Assembly: GCA_050261115.1 (NCBI GenBank)
Contig: JBLNCY010000022.1
Coordinates: 1 to 38,434 of the forward strand
Direction of reading: 5' to 3'
Length of the DNA stretch: 38,434 nucleotides
Source of the DNA: Methanocella sp.
Lineage (GTDB): Archaea; Thermoproteota; Bathyarchaeia; Bathyarchaeales; Bathycorpusculaceae
Positions within the stretch are counted from its first letter, which is position 1, and the number at the start of each line of letters is the position of its first letter. The notes under the pieces are model-generated. The model did no database searches. It was not told the DNA's origin and saw nothing but the letters and a program-made list of their open reading frames with translations. Below, one piece after another: positions 28,079-36,283 of this stretch. The position numbers and the translations under genes are program-made.

Positions 28079-29376
28079 TACTCAAACCTCGCAGTTATCG
28101 CCTTAGTGTGATTAGGGAGGTTCTCGGTATCAGTTAGCACCTTGACATGGGCACGGACTTTCTCGAGTCCCTCACGTGAACACTCGACTACGCTGACCCT
28201 GCGCATGTAATCGAATGCAGAAAGACCTGAGAAGGACTTTGCAAAACCGCCAGTGGGAAGAACGTGATTGGTTCCGCTTGCGTAGTCACTTAATGGTACG
28301 GGGCTGTAGGGGCCGATTAGGATGAGACCTGCAACGAGTTTCTCAGCAAGCTGCTTTGCGTCTTTGGCTATGACTTCAAGGTGCTCAGCCGCAAACTCAT
28401 TAGTTAACGCAACGGCCTCCCGCATGTTTTGGCAGGTGACTATGAAGCCATACTTGTTGAGTGAATCGACTATTTTGTCGCCCCGCGGAGCGGTTGAGGC
28501 GATTCCGCTGAGTTGCTGCTGCACTTGAACCGCAAGCTTGTCAGATGTCGTGATTAATGCGGCCACACTGTCTGTTCCATGTTCTGCCTGCGATACCATG
28601 TCATAGGCTACCAGATGGGCATCAGCTGTTTCGTCAGCTAAGATGAGAACCTCGCTGGGTCCAGCAGGCATGTCTATGGCGACGTCTTGGGAGACGAGAA
28701 CTTTGGCCATGGTGACGTATTTGCTGCCGGGTCCAACAATTAGGCGAACTGGCTTGATTGTTTCAGTTCCGTATGTTATTGCGGCTATTGCTTGAGCTCC
28801 GCCGATTTTATAGACTTCATCAACGCCGCATATGTCGGCCGCAACCAGCACTAAAGGGTTAACTTTGCCCTGTGCATCCGACGGTGAACATACAACTATA
28901 CGGGGTACACCCGCTATTTTAGCTGGCACAGCCGTCATGACCACGGTGCTTGGGTATGATGCTTGACCTCCTGGAACATAGCAACCGACACTTTCTATCG
29001 GACGCAGTACCGTTTGAACCATTATGCCCTCGTTAAAGGCCCTAATGTCGGTTTGGCTAAGCAGCTGCTTTTGGAACCAGCTGACTCGCTGCTTCATAAA
29101 TTCGATTGCGGCCACTTGTTCTTTGGTGACTTTGCTGTAGGCTTCTTGGATTTCTTCTTTGGATGCTCTAAGAGTAGAGGTGGTGAGTTTGGCTTTGTCA
29201 AATCTCTGCGCAAACTCTAGTAGCGCTTTGTCGCCGTCTACTCTGACTTGGTTTATTATGGCTTTGACGCTGGCTTCAAGATCAGCAGTGGCTTTTTGGT
29301 CCGCCTGCTGTCTTTTGGCCCAGTCTTTGGGTAGCTCGGTTGATTTGTAGACTTTTACTTGGACTTGGGTTTGCAC
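28078..29376 (-). CDS. hisD: Histidinol dehydrogenase
   Basis: VGCYVPGG, GGAQAIAA, IDMPAGPSE, SQAEH, AEHLE, DYASGTNHVLPT. Confidence 0.96.
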   Translation of the reverse strand: MQTQVQVKVYKSTELPKDWAKRQQADQKATADLEASVKAIINQVRVDGDKALLEFAQRFDKAKLTTSTLRASKEEIQEAYSKVTKEQVAAIEFMKQRVSWFQKQLLSQTDIRAFNEGIMVQTVLRPIESVGCYVPGGQASYPSTVVMTAVPAKIAGVPRIVVCSPSDAQGKVNPLVLVAADICGVDEVYKIGGAQAIAAITYGTETIKPVRLIVGPGSKYVTMAKVLVSQDVAIDMPAGPSEVLILADETADAHLVAYDMVSQAEHGTDSVAALITTSDKLAVQVQQQLSGIASTAPRGDKIVDSLNKYGFIVTCQNMREAVALTNEFAAEHLEVIAKDAKQLAEKLVAGLILIGPYSPVPLSDYASGTNHVLPTGGFAKSFSGLSAFDYMRRVSVVECSREGLEKVRAHVKVLTDTENLPNHTKAITARFE

Positions 29377-30356
29377 GAACAGTCCTCTCTTTGGGCTATC
29401 TCGTCTAACGCCAGTACCTGTCTAGGTTCGTAGACGACTAAGCCTTGGGCGATTTTTCTGATTTTTGGGAGGAGCTGTATGAGGCAGTCTTTTTCGATGA
29501 CTGTGTTTACGCTAACCCAGGCGTCGTCTGCAAGTGGCGAAATGGTTGGGTTTTTGAGTGCCGGCAACTCTGTGAGCAACGTGTTTAGGTCTGCTTTTTT
29601 GACGTTAACAAAGATGTGTATCCGCTTAGAACCATCCACAACACCCTTGAGTAGGGCAACTATGTCGTAGATCTTTTCGCGTTTTTCGGGGTCTTCGAGG
29701 CTTTTCTTGTTTGCGATGAGGATGGCGCATGAGCGCATGACGGTCTCGATGATGCGAAGGTTGTTTGCCTCGATGGTGGTGCCAGTTTCGGTTACGTCCA
29801 TGATGCAGTCGCTGTTTTCTGGTGGTTTAGCTTCAGTAGCGCCAAAAGAGAGGAATATCTTTACACGTGGATTGTCGCCTTTCCTCCACCAGGGGGTCAC
29901 AAGCATGGGGTCTTGGGTGCCAAAGCGTTTCTGATATTCAGGTAAGCTCTTGAGATATTCGGATGCGATGTTGAGGTATTCGGTGCTTACGCGGAAGTTT
30001 CTGTCCTGAGACCAAATTGACTCCATGTATTCGCCTAGCGTGGTGCCTTCGGAGACGCTTTTAGGTACGGCGATGACGAGGCGGATTTTTCCGTATTCAA
30101 GGCTTTGGAGAACCTCGACGTCAGCTTTGTTTTCTCGGACCCAGTCTTCGCCGGTGATGCCTATATCTTGAAGACCTTCAGATACGAATACGGGGATTTC
30201 TTGGGGGCGCAGGACTTTCATTTCGATTTGAGGATCGTTGATTGATGGGCGGTATGTTCGGTCGGATGCGCCGATTTTGAAGCCGGATTTAGCGAAGAAT
30301 TCTGCGGTTGCTTTTTCTAGGGAACCTTTGGGGATTGCAAATTTTATTTTATCCAT
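29355..30356 (-). CDS. hisG: ATP phosphoribosyltransferase, long form
   Basis: AIPKGSL, RPQEIP, DIGITGEDW, FGATE, DVTETGTT..AN.L, and a C-terminal regulatory domain (LPALKNPTISPL). ATG 30356 preceded by GGTGA. Confidence 0.95.
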   Translation of the reverse strand: MDKIKFAIPKGSLEKATAEFFAKSGFKIGASDRTYRPSINDPQIEMKVLRPQEIPVFVSEGLQDIGITGEDWVRENKADVEVLQSLEYGKIRLVIAVPKSVSEGTTLGEYMESIWSQDRNFRVSTEYLNIASEYLKSLPEYQKRFGTQDPMLVTPWWRKGDNPRVKIFLSFGATEAKPPENSDCIMDVTETGTTIEANNLRIIETVMRSCAILIANKKSLEDPEKREKIYDIVALLKGVVDGSKRIHIFVNVKKADLNTLLTELPALKNPTISPLADDAWVSVNTVIEKDCLIQLLPKIRKIAQGLVVYEPRQVLALDEIAQREDCSCKPKSK

Positions 30357-30549
30357 TAATCTCACCAATTTTGTTTAGAGAGTTGTCTAATGTTTTTTGT
30401 TTTGCTAAGAGAACGTTTTGCGGGGGATTAGCGTCTAATTTACAGTAATAAAATCGTGTTAGGCTTTCAATGAAGGCAATCGCCTTGTATGAACGCAATC
30501 CCTCATCATACGTCACTGGTGACACCTCAATGCTTACCTTGCATATAAA
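30357..30549 (-). promoter_or_regulatory. his operon promoter (TTTATATG at 30549-30542) and ~165-nt structured leader
   Basis: TATA-like box far upstream of the hisG start. The leader contains several inverted repeats and short uORFs (see findings). Confidence 0.45.
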
Positions 30550-30965
30550 CCTGCCCACTAGTATTTAACTCTGGAATAGGCGCTGAGTGCTAATTTGTGG
30601 CTGTTTTGCAATCTTTTATTTCAAAAACAAGCGGAACCATAGAGTTTCGGGTTTCTAACTCTACAGTAAGCAAGCCTTCAAGGAGGCCCCGCCATATTTC
30701 GGCGTCGTTGATGAATGGGCTTTTTATGAGTAGAACTTGTCTCTTTGGTAGAGGTCGCCTAGCCCTTGGACCTTGAGACGTTTGAAGATGTGCACACAGT
30801 TTTCTTGTTTTGGGGCGTCAACACCAATGGTTGATTGGATGGATATTCTAAGAGCATCATGGGTGTTCCGACTTTGTGCCATTTCTTTTTTGGGACATAT
30901 TTGGGAAGATGTTTATCATTTCTACGTTGATTATGCTATGCTGCTTATTCCGCACACTAAACCGA

Positions 30966-31018
30966 CCTAAAACCCATACCATTGACTCTATATATAAGGG
31001 AGGGGTAGGTGCAGAGCA
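30966..31018. repeat. Dispersed repeat site 2: B|A with TATATATA core (30989-30996)
   Basis: CCTAA.AACCCA....TTGACTC-TATATATA-AGGGAGGGGT....GCAGAGCA. The left side matches the site-1 arm next to the core and the right side matches the site-3/4 arm. Confidence 0.85.
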
Positions 31019-31158
31019 CAGTATAGAAGCCTGTAGAGTAGCTGTGTTTTAGTTAGCCTTAATCGGTCTGTGTGGTTGGTGGGGTTTTGGGTTGTGGCTA
31101 GGAATTGTTAATAACTTGTCTTTTCAAGAGGGTATCAAACAACTGGAAGGCATGTAGT

Positions 31159-32202
31159 TTGTCTCTTAGTCTGAATTTAGAGAAACTTTCCAACGCTCAA
31201 GGCGTTACTGGCAGAGAAAATATAGTTCGAGAACTCCTAGAAGATATGCTCAAACCTTTAAGTGACGAAATCTACGTTGACCGATTGGAAAACATTATCG
31301 CAATAAAGAAGGGACGGGCTGATGCGCCTAAAGTTATGCTTGCGGCGCACATGGATGAAGTCGGCTTGATGGTAAAAAACATCACCAAAGACGGTTTTCT
31401 ACAGTTTTCAAAGCTAGGCGGCATCGATGACCGTATCCTGACGGCTCAGCGGGTGATCGTTTATAGCAAAGAACAATCCTACCCCGGCGTGGTTGGTTCT
31501 AAGCCGCCTCACATTCAAAAGGAAGAAGAACGGAAAAAAGTCATCAACTACGACGACCTATTCATTGACGTCGGCGCCAATAACAAAGCTGAGGCAGTCG
31601 CCATGGGCATCGCCATCGGTGACCCCATCGCGTTTGATGTGGCCTACACTAAGCTGGCCAACGGTAATGTTATGGGTAAGGCTTTTGATAACCGTGCAGG
31701 ATGCGCCGCAATGGTGGAAACCCTGAGGCTTCTGCAGGATTGTGACTGCACAATTTATGCCGTTGGCACGGTGCAAGAAGAGGTTGGATTGCGCGGTGCA
31801 GGAACGGCAGCATACGCTATTGACCCCGACTTCGCGTTAGCACTCGACGTTACCATCGCAGGTGATGTGCCTGGTGTTAGAGAGAACGATACCAGCGTAA
31901 AACTCGGCAAAGGACCCGCCCTAACGCTTTCTGATTCAGGCATAATTACCCACCCAAAGATTACGCGCTGGATACTTGACACCGCCAAAGAAGCAAAAAT
32001 ACCCCTTCAGCTCGAGACAGGATTACTGGGCAGCACCGACGCGGCACGCATCAGCCTCACACGTCAAGGCATACCCGCAGGGGCCCTCAGCATACCCACA
32101 CGCTACATTCACAGCCCCGCAGGCATCCTAAACCTCACCGACCTCGAGAACACCGCCAAACTCGCAGCCTCAGCCATCAAACAAGCAACCAAATACTTCT
32201 AA
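31159..32202 (+). CDS. M42 family (TET-type) metalloaminopeptidase
   Basis: AAHMDEVG, LGGID, GKAFDNRAG, VQEEVGLRGA, ALDVT, GSTDA, RYIHSP. Start is probably TTG 31159. Confidence 0.93.
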   Translation: MSLSLNLEKLSNAQGVTGRENIVRELLEDMLKPLSDEIYVDRLENIIAIKKGRADAPKVMLAAHMDEVGLMVKNITKDGFLQFSKLGGIDDRILTAQRVIVYSKEQSYPGVVGSKPPHIQKEEERKKVINYDDLFIDVGANNKAEAVAMGIAIGDPIAFDVAYTKLANGNVMGKAFDNRAGCAAMVETLRLLQDCDCTIYAVGTVQEEVGLRGAGTAAYAIDPDFALALDVTIAGDVPGVRENDTSVKLGKGPALTLSDSGIITHPKITRWILDTAKEAKIPLQLETGLLGSTDAARISLTRQGIPAGALSIPTRYIHSPAGILNLTDLENTAKLAASAIKQATKYF

Positions 32203-32337
32203 CAAACCTTATGTGTTGGTTATGTTTGGTGGCTATTCAAGCTACCTCTTTTTCTCAACCGCCCACTTAGCCGCGGCTGTTTTTGCGCAATCGTTTTTTA
32301 ACTTCTTTGTTATCTTTTGAGTCGCAGTGGCGAAACC

Positions 32338-32853
32338 ATGGGTAAACAAGAAAAACAGGAAAAAATAGTCAAAACAACGCCGGAAGCAACATCGAAACCT
32401 AAACCAGCAAAGGCAGACAAATTCGCCGGCAAATTCGAATTCCTAGAACACACCGCAGACGTCTACGTTCGCGCTTTTGGCGAAAAGATGTGGGATGCCT
32501 ATGAGAACGCCGCGTTGGCCATGTTTGAAACCATGACAGATACAAGCAAAGTCGCGCCTACAGTTGAGTTGGCTTTTGAGGTTGAAGCCGAAGACCAGTA
32601 TGCTCTGCTCTATAACTGGCTTGAGACATTGCTTGTAAAGTTCGAGACCGAGGGACTGCTATTTAGCAAATTCACCGTAGAACACTGGCGGGAGACACCT
32701 GAGGGGTTCAAGTTTGAAGCCAAAGTCTGGGGCGAAAAATTCGACCCCAAAAAGCATCCACAAAAAGTTGCTGTAAAAGCGGTAACGTATCATTTGATGA
32801 TGGTTATCCGAGAAGCAGACAAAGTAATCCTTGAATTTGTACTAGACATCTAA
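32338..32853 (+). CDS. Archease
   Basis: FEFLEHTADV, ENAALAMF, VKAVTYH and C-terminal LDI, with a Lys-rich N-terminal extension. Confidence 0.92.
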   Translation: MGKQEKQEKIVKTTPEATSKPKPAKADKFAGKFEFLEHTADVYVRAFGEKMWDAYENAALAMFETMTDTSKVAPTVELAFEVEAEDQYALLYNWLETLLVKFETEGLLFSKFTVEHWRETPEGFKFEAKVWGEKFDPKKHPQKVAVKAVTYHLMMVIREADKVILEFVLDI

Positions 32854-32882
32854 AAGAAAGGAGAAGAGGAAAAACTCTTCTT

Positions 32883-33536
32883 TTAGGCAAATCCGAGCTT
32901 TTTGAGTTCACCCATCATATGCTCAACCATCGGTTCAGGTGGTTGGTCGATGGATTTGGTGACGTTCACGACAAAGGGTAGGCCTTTCTGCTTGTAGTAG
33001 GCGACTACCGGTTCGGTTTGGGTCTTGTAGACTTGTAGGCGGTTCCGTATGACGGCTTCGTTGTCGTCTGCACGTTGGTAGAGTTCGCCGCCGCATTTGT
33101 CGCATTTGCCTTCAACTTTGGGTTTAAGGAAGCGGATGTTGTAGACGGTGCCGCAGTTTTTGCAGATTCGGCGCGAGGTTAAGCGTTCAACGATGATTTG
33201 GTCGGGGACGTCTAGCATTAAGATGACGTCGATTTTGGCGATTTTCTCAAGTGCTTCTGCCTGGGCGATGGTGCGTGGGAACCCGTCTAGGAGGAAGCCT
33301 TTGCCTTGGGGGACTTTGCTGAGGCGTTCTTTTAGGACTTCGACGACGACTTCGTCGGGAACTAAAGCGCCCCGCTCGACGTAGGATTTTACTTTTGTGC
33401 CGAGTTCGGTGTTTTGTTTGACGGATTCACGGAAGATGTCGCCCATGGCGATGACGTCTACGCCAAGCTGATTCTGCATCCTTGTTGAGTAGGTGCCTTT
33501 GCCTGCGCCTGGCGCTCCAAAGATAATAGCGTTCAA
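32883..33536 (-). CDS. adk: Adenylate kinase (bacterial-type, zinc LID)
   Basis: GAPGAGKGT, MGDIFR, G.LVPD, LDGFPRT, CKNC...CDKC, QRADD. Confidence 0.95.
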   Translation of the reverse strand: MNAIIFGAPGAGKGTYSTRMQNQLGVDVIAMGDIFRESVKQNTELGTKVKSYVERGALVPDEVVVEVLKERLSKVPQGKGFLLDGFPRTIAQAEALEKIAKIDVILMLDVPDQIIVERLTSRRICKNCGTVYNIRFLKPKVEGKCDKCGGELYQRADDNEAVIRNRLQVYKTQTEPVVAYYKQKGLPFVVNVTKSIDQPPEPMVEHMMGELKKLGFA

Positions 33537-33644
33537 CTTGAGTTTTCACCTGTTAATGGGTCGTATACAGAGCATTTGATAATTAAGGTTTGTCATCTCC
33601 CGAGCGTTTTCTATGGTTGCGGTTGTGGCTATAGGGTTAGGCGC

Positions 33645-33710
33645 CTGCTGCTTTGCCCAGAGACCGCCTCCCTTATATATAAGGGAGGGGGGTCACTTTG
33701 AGAGCAGCAG
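33645..33710. repeat. Dispersed repeat site 3: A|A palindrome with TATATATA core (33674-33681)
   Basis: Perfect 22-bp palindrome CCTCCCT-TATATATA-AGGGAGG (33667-33688), extended by GACC/GGTC and CTGCTGCT/AGCAGCAG. Confidence 0.9.
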
Positions 33711-34014
33711 AAGTAACCTTTCTATCCGCTAGGTGAGTTCTTGGTGGGTTAGGTGGGTTTTTTGGGGTAGTCTTTGCATTCGTAGATGCGTAGTTGTCGC
33801 TGGGGTTCTATTCGGCAGCGTTTGCGGCTGTTTTTGCGTTTTAGGATGGGTGGGAGTTGGAAGAATGGGCATTTGGAGCAGAGGGTACTCATTTTTTTGT
33901 CTCCTGTTGTTTGTTGTTGGTTCTGGTTGGGGCCATTCTATTCTCCTCTAAGGTTATATTATTGAATGCAATATATAGCGGCAAGATATAAGTATTCCCT
34001 AAAACACTATAGAA

Positions 34015-34602
34015 ATGAACCATATGAAGCCAGACAGCCAGGACAAAACCACACAAAGCTGGATAAAAGAAGCCCAAAAAGGCTACATCCGCCTAGGCGT
34101 CCTCATACTCCTAAGCAAAAAACCCGCCCACGGCTATGAACTGATGAAGGAAATCGACCAGCGTACCCAGGGCTTCTGGCGACCCACCGCAGGCGGAGTC
34201 TACCCCATCCTAAACAACCTCGAGAACGCAGGCTTCATCAAGGGACATTGGGAAACACAAAAAAATCGACGACTAAAAGTCTACACCATCACCCCCTCAG
34301 GCGACGCCATCCTAAAACGCGCCATACGCAAACAAGCAGAAATCTTCAACAACCTAAGCAGCCTCTTCAACGAATTCGCCCGAGACGTCCTACACATACA
34401 AGAAACCATTCCCACGCCCACCCCGCCCTCACCGTTCACGCCGTTTTTAGAAGACAAAAACAGCCAAACAACCCTTCAACAACTCGAAGTCCAGCGCAAA
34501 CTTCTCACAGACCACCTAAGAACGGTTCGAGAACAACTAAACGCCACTGACGCAAAAATCGTCCAACTCAAAAAACAGTCAAACCCTGACTCAGAGCAGT
34601 AG
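34015..34602 (+). CDS. PadR family transcriptional regulator
   Basis: LILLSKKPAHGYELMKEI...PTAGGVYPILNNLE..G.I...KVYTITPSG, with a C-terminal coiled coil. Confidence 0.9.
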   Translation: MNHMKPDSQDKTTQSWIKEAQKGYIRLGVLILLSKKPAHGYELMKEIDQRTQGFWRPTAGGVYPILNNLENAGFIKGHWETQKNRRLKVYTITPSGDAILKRAIRKQAEIFNNLSSLFNEFARDVLHIQETIPTPTPPSPFTPFLEDKNSQTTLQQLEVQRKLLTDHLRTVREQLNATDAKIVQLKKQSNPDSEQ

Positions 34603-34661
34603 TGGTTGGTTAATGGTTTAAATTTACGTTATTGCTATCCTCTAGCAAGGAGAGAATACGC

Positions 34662-34985
34662 TTGTTCCGCGTTAGAGTCAACAAAATCGAATCCACCCGC
34701 GACTTAGACGGCAATCTGGGAAAAAGAATCGAACTACTAGAAGAACGCGAAGTCAACCCCTACATTCTCAGACCCCAAACTGACGAAGCAAAAATGGCCC
34801 AAGACATCCTGCAGGCCCTTCAGACACAGATGCCCTTCCTGCCCCAGCGCCAACAAATGGCGACACCAAAAATCGTCCTTTTCCTAACTGAACACGAATA
34901 CGATAGCCTCGGCATCGTCTTTGACGTCAACCAGGTCTACGAGGTTTTGCTTGAGAACCAAACAATAAGGTTTAGGAAAGTTTAA
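34662..34985 (+). CDS. Arcadin-1-like protein
   Basis: RVRVNKIE..RDLDGNLGKRIEL.EE...PKIVLFLTEHEYDSLG..FDVNQVYE resembles arcadin-1 as I recall it (not verified by search). TTG 34662 follows a GGAGA Shine-Dalgarno. Confidence 0.65.
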   Translation: MFRVRVNKIESTRDLDGNLGKRIELLEEREVNPYILRPQTDEAKMAQDILQALQTQMPFLPQRQQMATPKIVLFLTEHEYDSLGIVFDVNQVYEVLLENQTIRFRKV

Positions 34986-35307
34986 GCAGCTCACTACGCA
35001 TCGAAGCCAACCCACGATGCTTCGGATGGAAAGACAACACAAACATCATGTGCCGCAAGGCACTGCTTATTTCTTCATAACCAACAATTTTACCCTCATC
35101 ACAGTACAGCGGTATCGGCTCCCCCTCGTCTTCTTCATAGTAGACATAGATAGGGGTGCTTTGGCGCTCGAATCGCACAACCTCAAAGTCGAGGTTCAAC
35201 CGTTTAGCTGTTTCTTTTGCTGCATCCCGCACGGAGTCTAATCGATTATTACTCGGCAGACCGGTGGGGGTGTAAACCATGAGTTTTCCCGAGGAACCTT
35301 TAAACAT
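34972..35307 (-). CDS. Conserved archaeal hypothetical protein
   Basis: Likely start ATG 35307 (MFKGSSGKLMVY...PIYVYYE...EPIPLYCD...MMFVLSFHPKH) with a GGAGA Shine-Dalgarno. Confidence 0.7.
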   Translation of the reverse strand: MFKGSSGKLMVYTPTGLPSNNRLDSVRDAAKETAKRLNLDFEVVRFERQSTPIYVYYEEDEGEPIPLYCDEGKIVGYEEISSALRHMMFVLSFHPKHRGLASMRSELLKLS

Positions 35308-35463
35308 ATACGCATCTCCAATCAGCATTTGCACTCGGTTCGCATTTAAGTCAACCCAGAAAGCGACTCGCCCATGCAGGAGAGGGGTAACTGAAAGTGA
35401 ATGATGTTGACGTATTAAGGTTGCCACAACAGCTTAAACAAGACATTAAACTTCAATTCAACC

Positions 35464-35931
35464 ATGACTTCTCTGCAGCAAACAGAGCACCCCTACTGGT
35501 GGTACCGCGAAAGCCGCCCCAAAAGCGACAACGCATACTTTGAGAACCTCTGCCGAGTCATCTTCCAGACAGGCCTTAACTGGGCAATCGTTGAGAAAAA
35601 GTGGCCAACCATAAAAGCCGCATTCTGCAACTTCGACGTTGAGCGAGTCGCCGCCTTCACCCAAACCGACATAGAACGCCTGCTGTCTGACAAAGGCATC
35701 ATTCGAAACATCTACAAGATCCATGCAATAATAGAAAACGCCAAACAGTTCCGCCAAATCAGACAACAGTACGGATCCTTCCGCGCCTACATAGACAGCT
35801 TTGACAAGTCAGACAATTACGCCCAGGTAGTTAAAGCCCTCTCAGACCGCTTTGAACGAATAGCATCAACCACGGCGGCGCTATTCCTCTACTCGGTTGG
35901 AGAAAACATCACGCCCCAACGTATGTATTAA
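35464..35931 (+). CDS. tag: DNA-3-methyladenine glycosylase I family protein
   Basis: DNAYFENL...IFQTGLNWAIVEKKW..IKAAF.NFD...VA, IIRN..KI.AIIENA. Short form lacking the N-terminal Zn motif. Confidence 0.85.
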   Translation: MTSLQQTEHPYWWYRESRPKSDNAYFENLCRVIFQTGLNWAIVEKKWPTIKAAFCNFDVERVAAFTQTDIERLLSDKGIIRNIYKIHAIIENAKQFRQIRQQYGSFRAYIDSFDKSDNYAQVVKALSDRFERIASTTAALFLYSVGENITPQRMY

Positions 35932-35957
35932 AATAGGGTAGAGAAACCAAGAGAATT

Positions 35958-36236
35958 ATGGCAAAAACCAGAGCACATGTCTACGTAACCGGCAAAGTCC
36001 AAGGAGTATTCTTCCGCCAAAACACCAAACGCCAAGCACAATCTTGGGGCGTTACGGGCTGGGTTAGAAACCTTGAGGATGGCCGTGTAGAGGCTGTTTT
36101 TGAGGGTGAAGAGGACGCGGTTAGTGCGGTGGTAGAGTTCTGCAAGGTTGGCCCCAAGGCCGCTGAAGTCACCGACATCGCGATCGATTGGGAGCCCTAT
36201 CGCGGTGAATTCCAAGCGTTTAGCATTGTTTACTAA
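35958..36236 (+). CDS. acyP: Acylphosphatase
   Basis: GKVQGVFFR, GWVRNLEDGRVEAVFEG, GP..A.V. Confidence 0.95.
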   Translation: MAKTRAHVYVTGKVQGVFFRQNTKRQAQSWGVTGWVRNLEDGRVEAVFEGEEDAVSAVVEFCKVGPKAAEVTDIAIDWEPYRGEFQAFSIVY

Positions 36237-36283
36237 GTCATTTAACGGTAAATTAAAATGCGAAGAGCTGCCATTGGTTTGGT

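Noticed and set aside
30459-30509. C/D-box sRNA (ATGATGA C box) or classical His-leader attenuator
   Set aside because: There is no CTGA D box at a suitable distance (only CTAA). The uORF has a single His codon and no U-tailed terminator follows. Kept only as a generic structured leader.
30989-31010. Arm A G-string (AAGGGAGGGGGT) as an ORB origin-recognition box
   Set aside because: It lacks the TCCA..GGAAA dyad of ORB elements, there is no cdc6/orc1 gene in the window, and the copies are kilobases apart.
32883-33536. Bacterial-type adenylate kinase as a novelty
   Set aside because: This type is already known in several archaeal lineages.
33667-33688. TATATATA cores as plain bidirectional TATA boxes
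   Set aside because: Not fully excluded. However, the flanks are not purine-rich BRE-like, distances to start codons vary widely, neighbouring genes have nearer TATA-like boxes, and this would not explain two conserved arms in all four combinations.
33733-33951. 72-aa Trp/Val/Gly-rich ORF
   Set aside because: Its composition is explained by the G/T-rich intergenic patch, and there is no Shine-Dalgarno or family motif.
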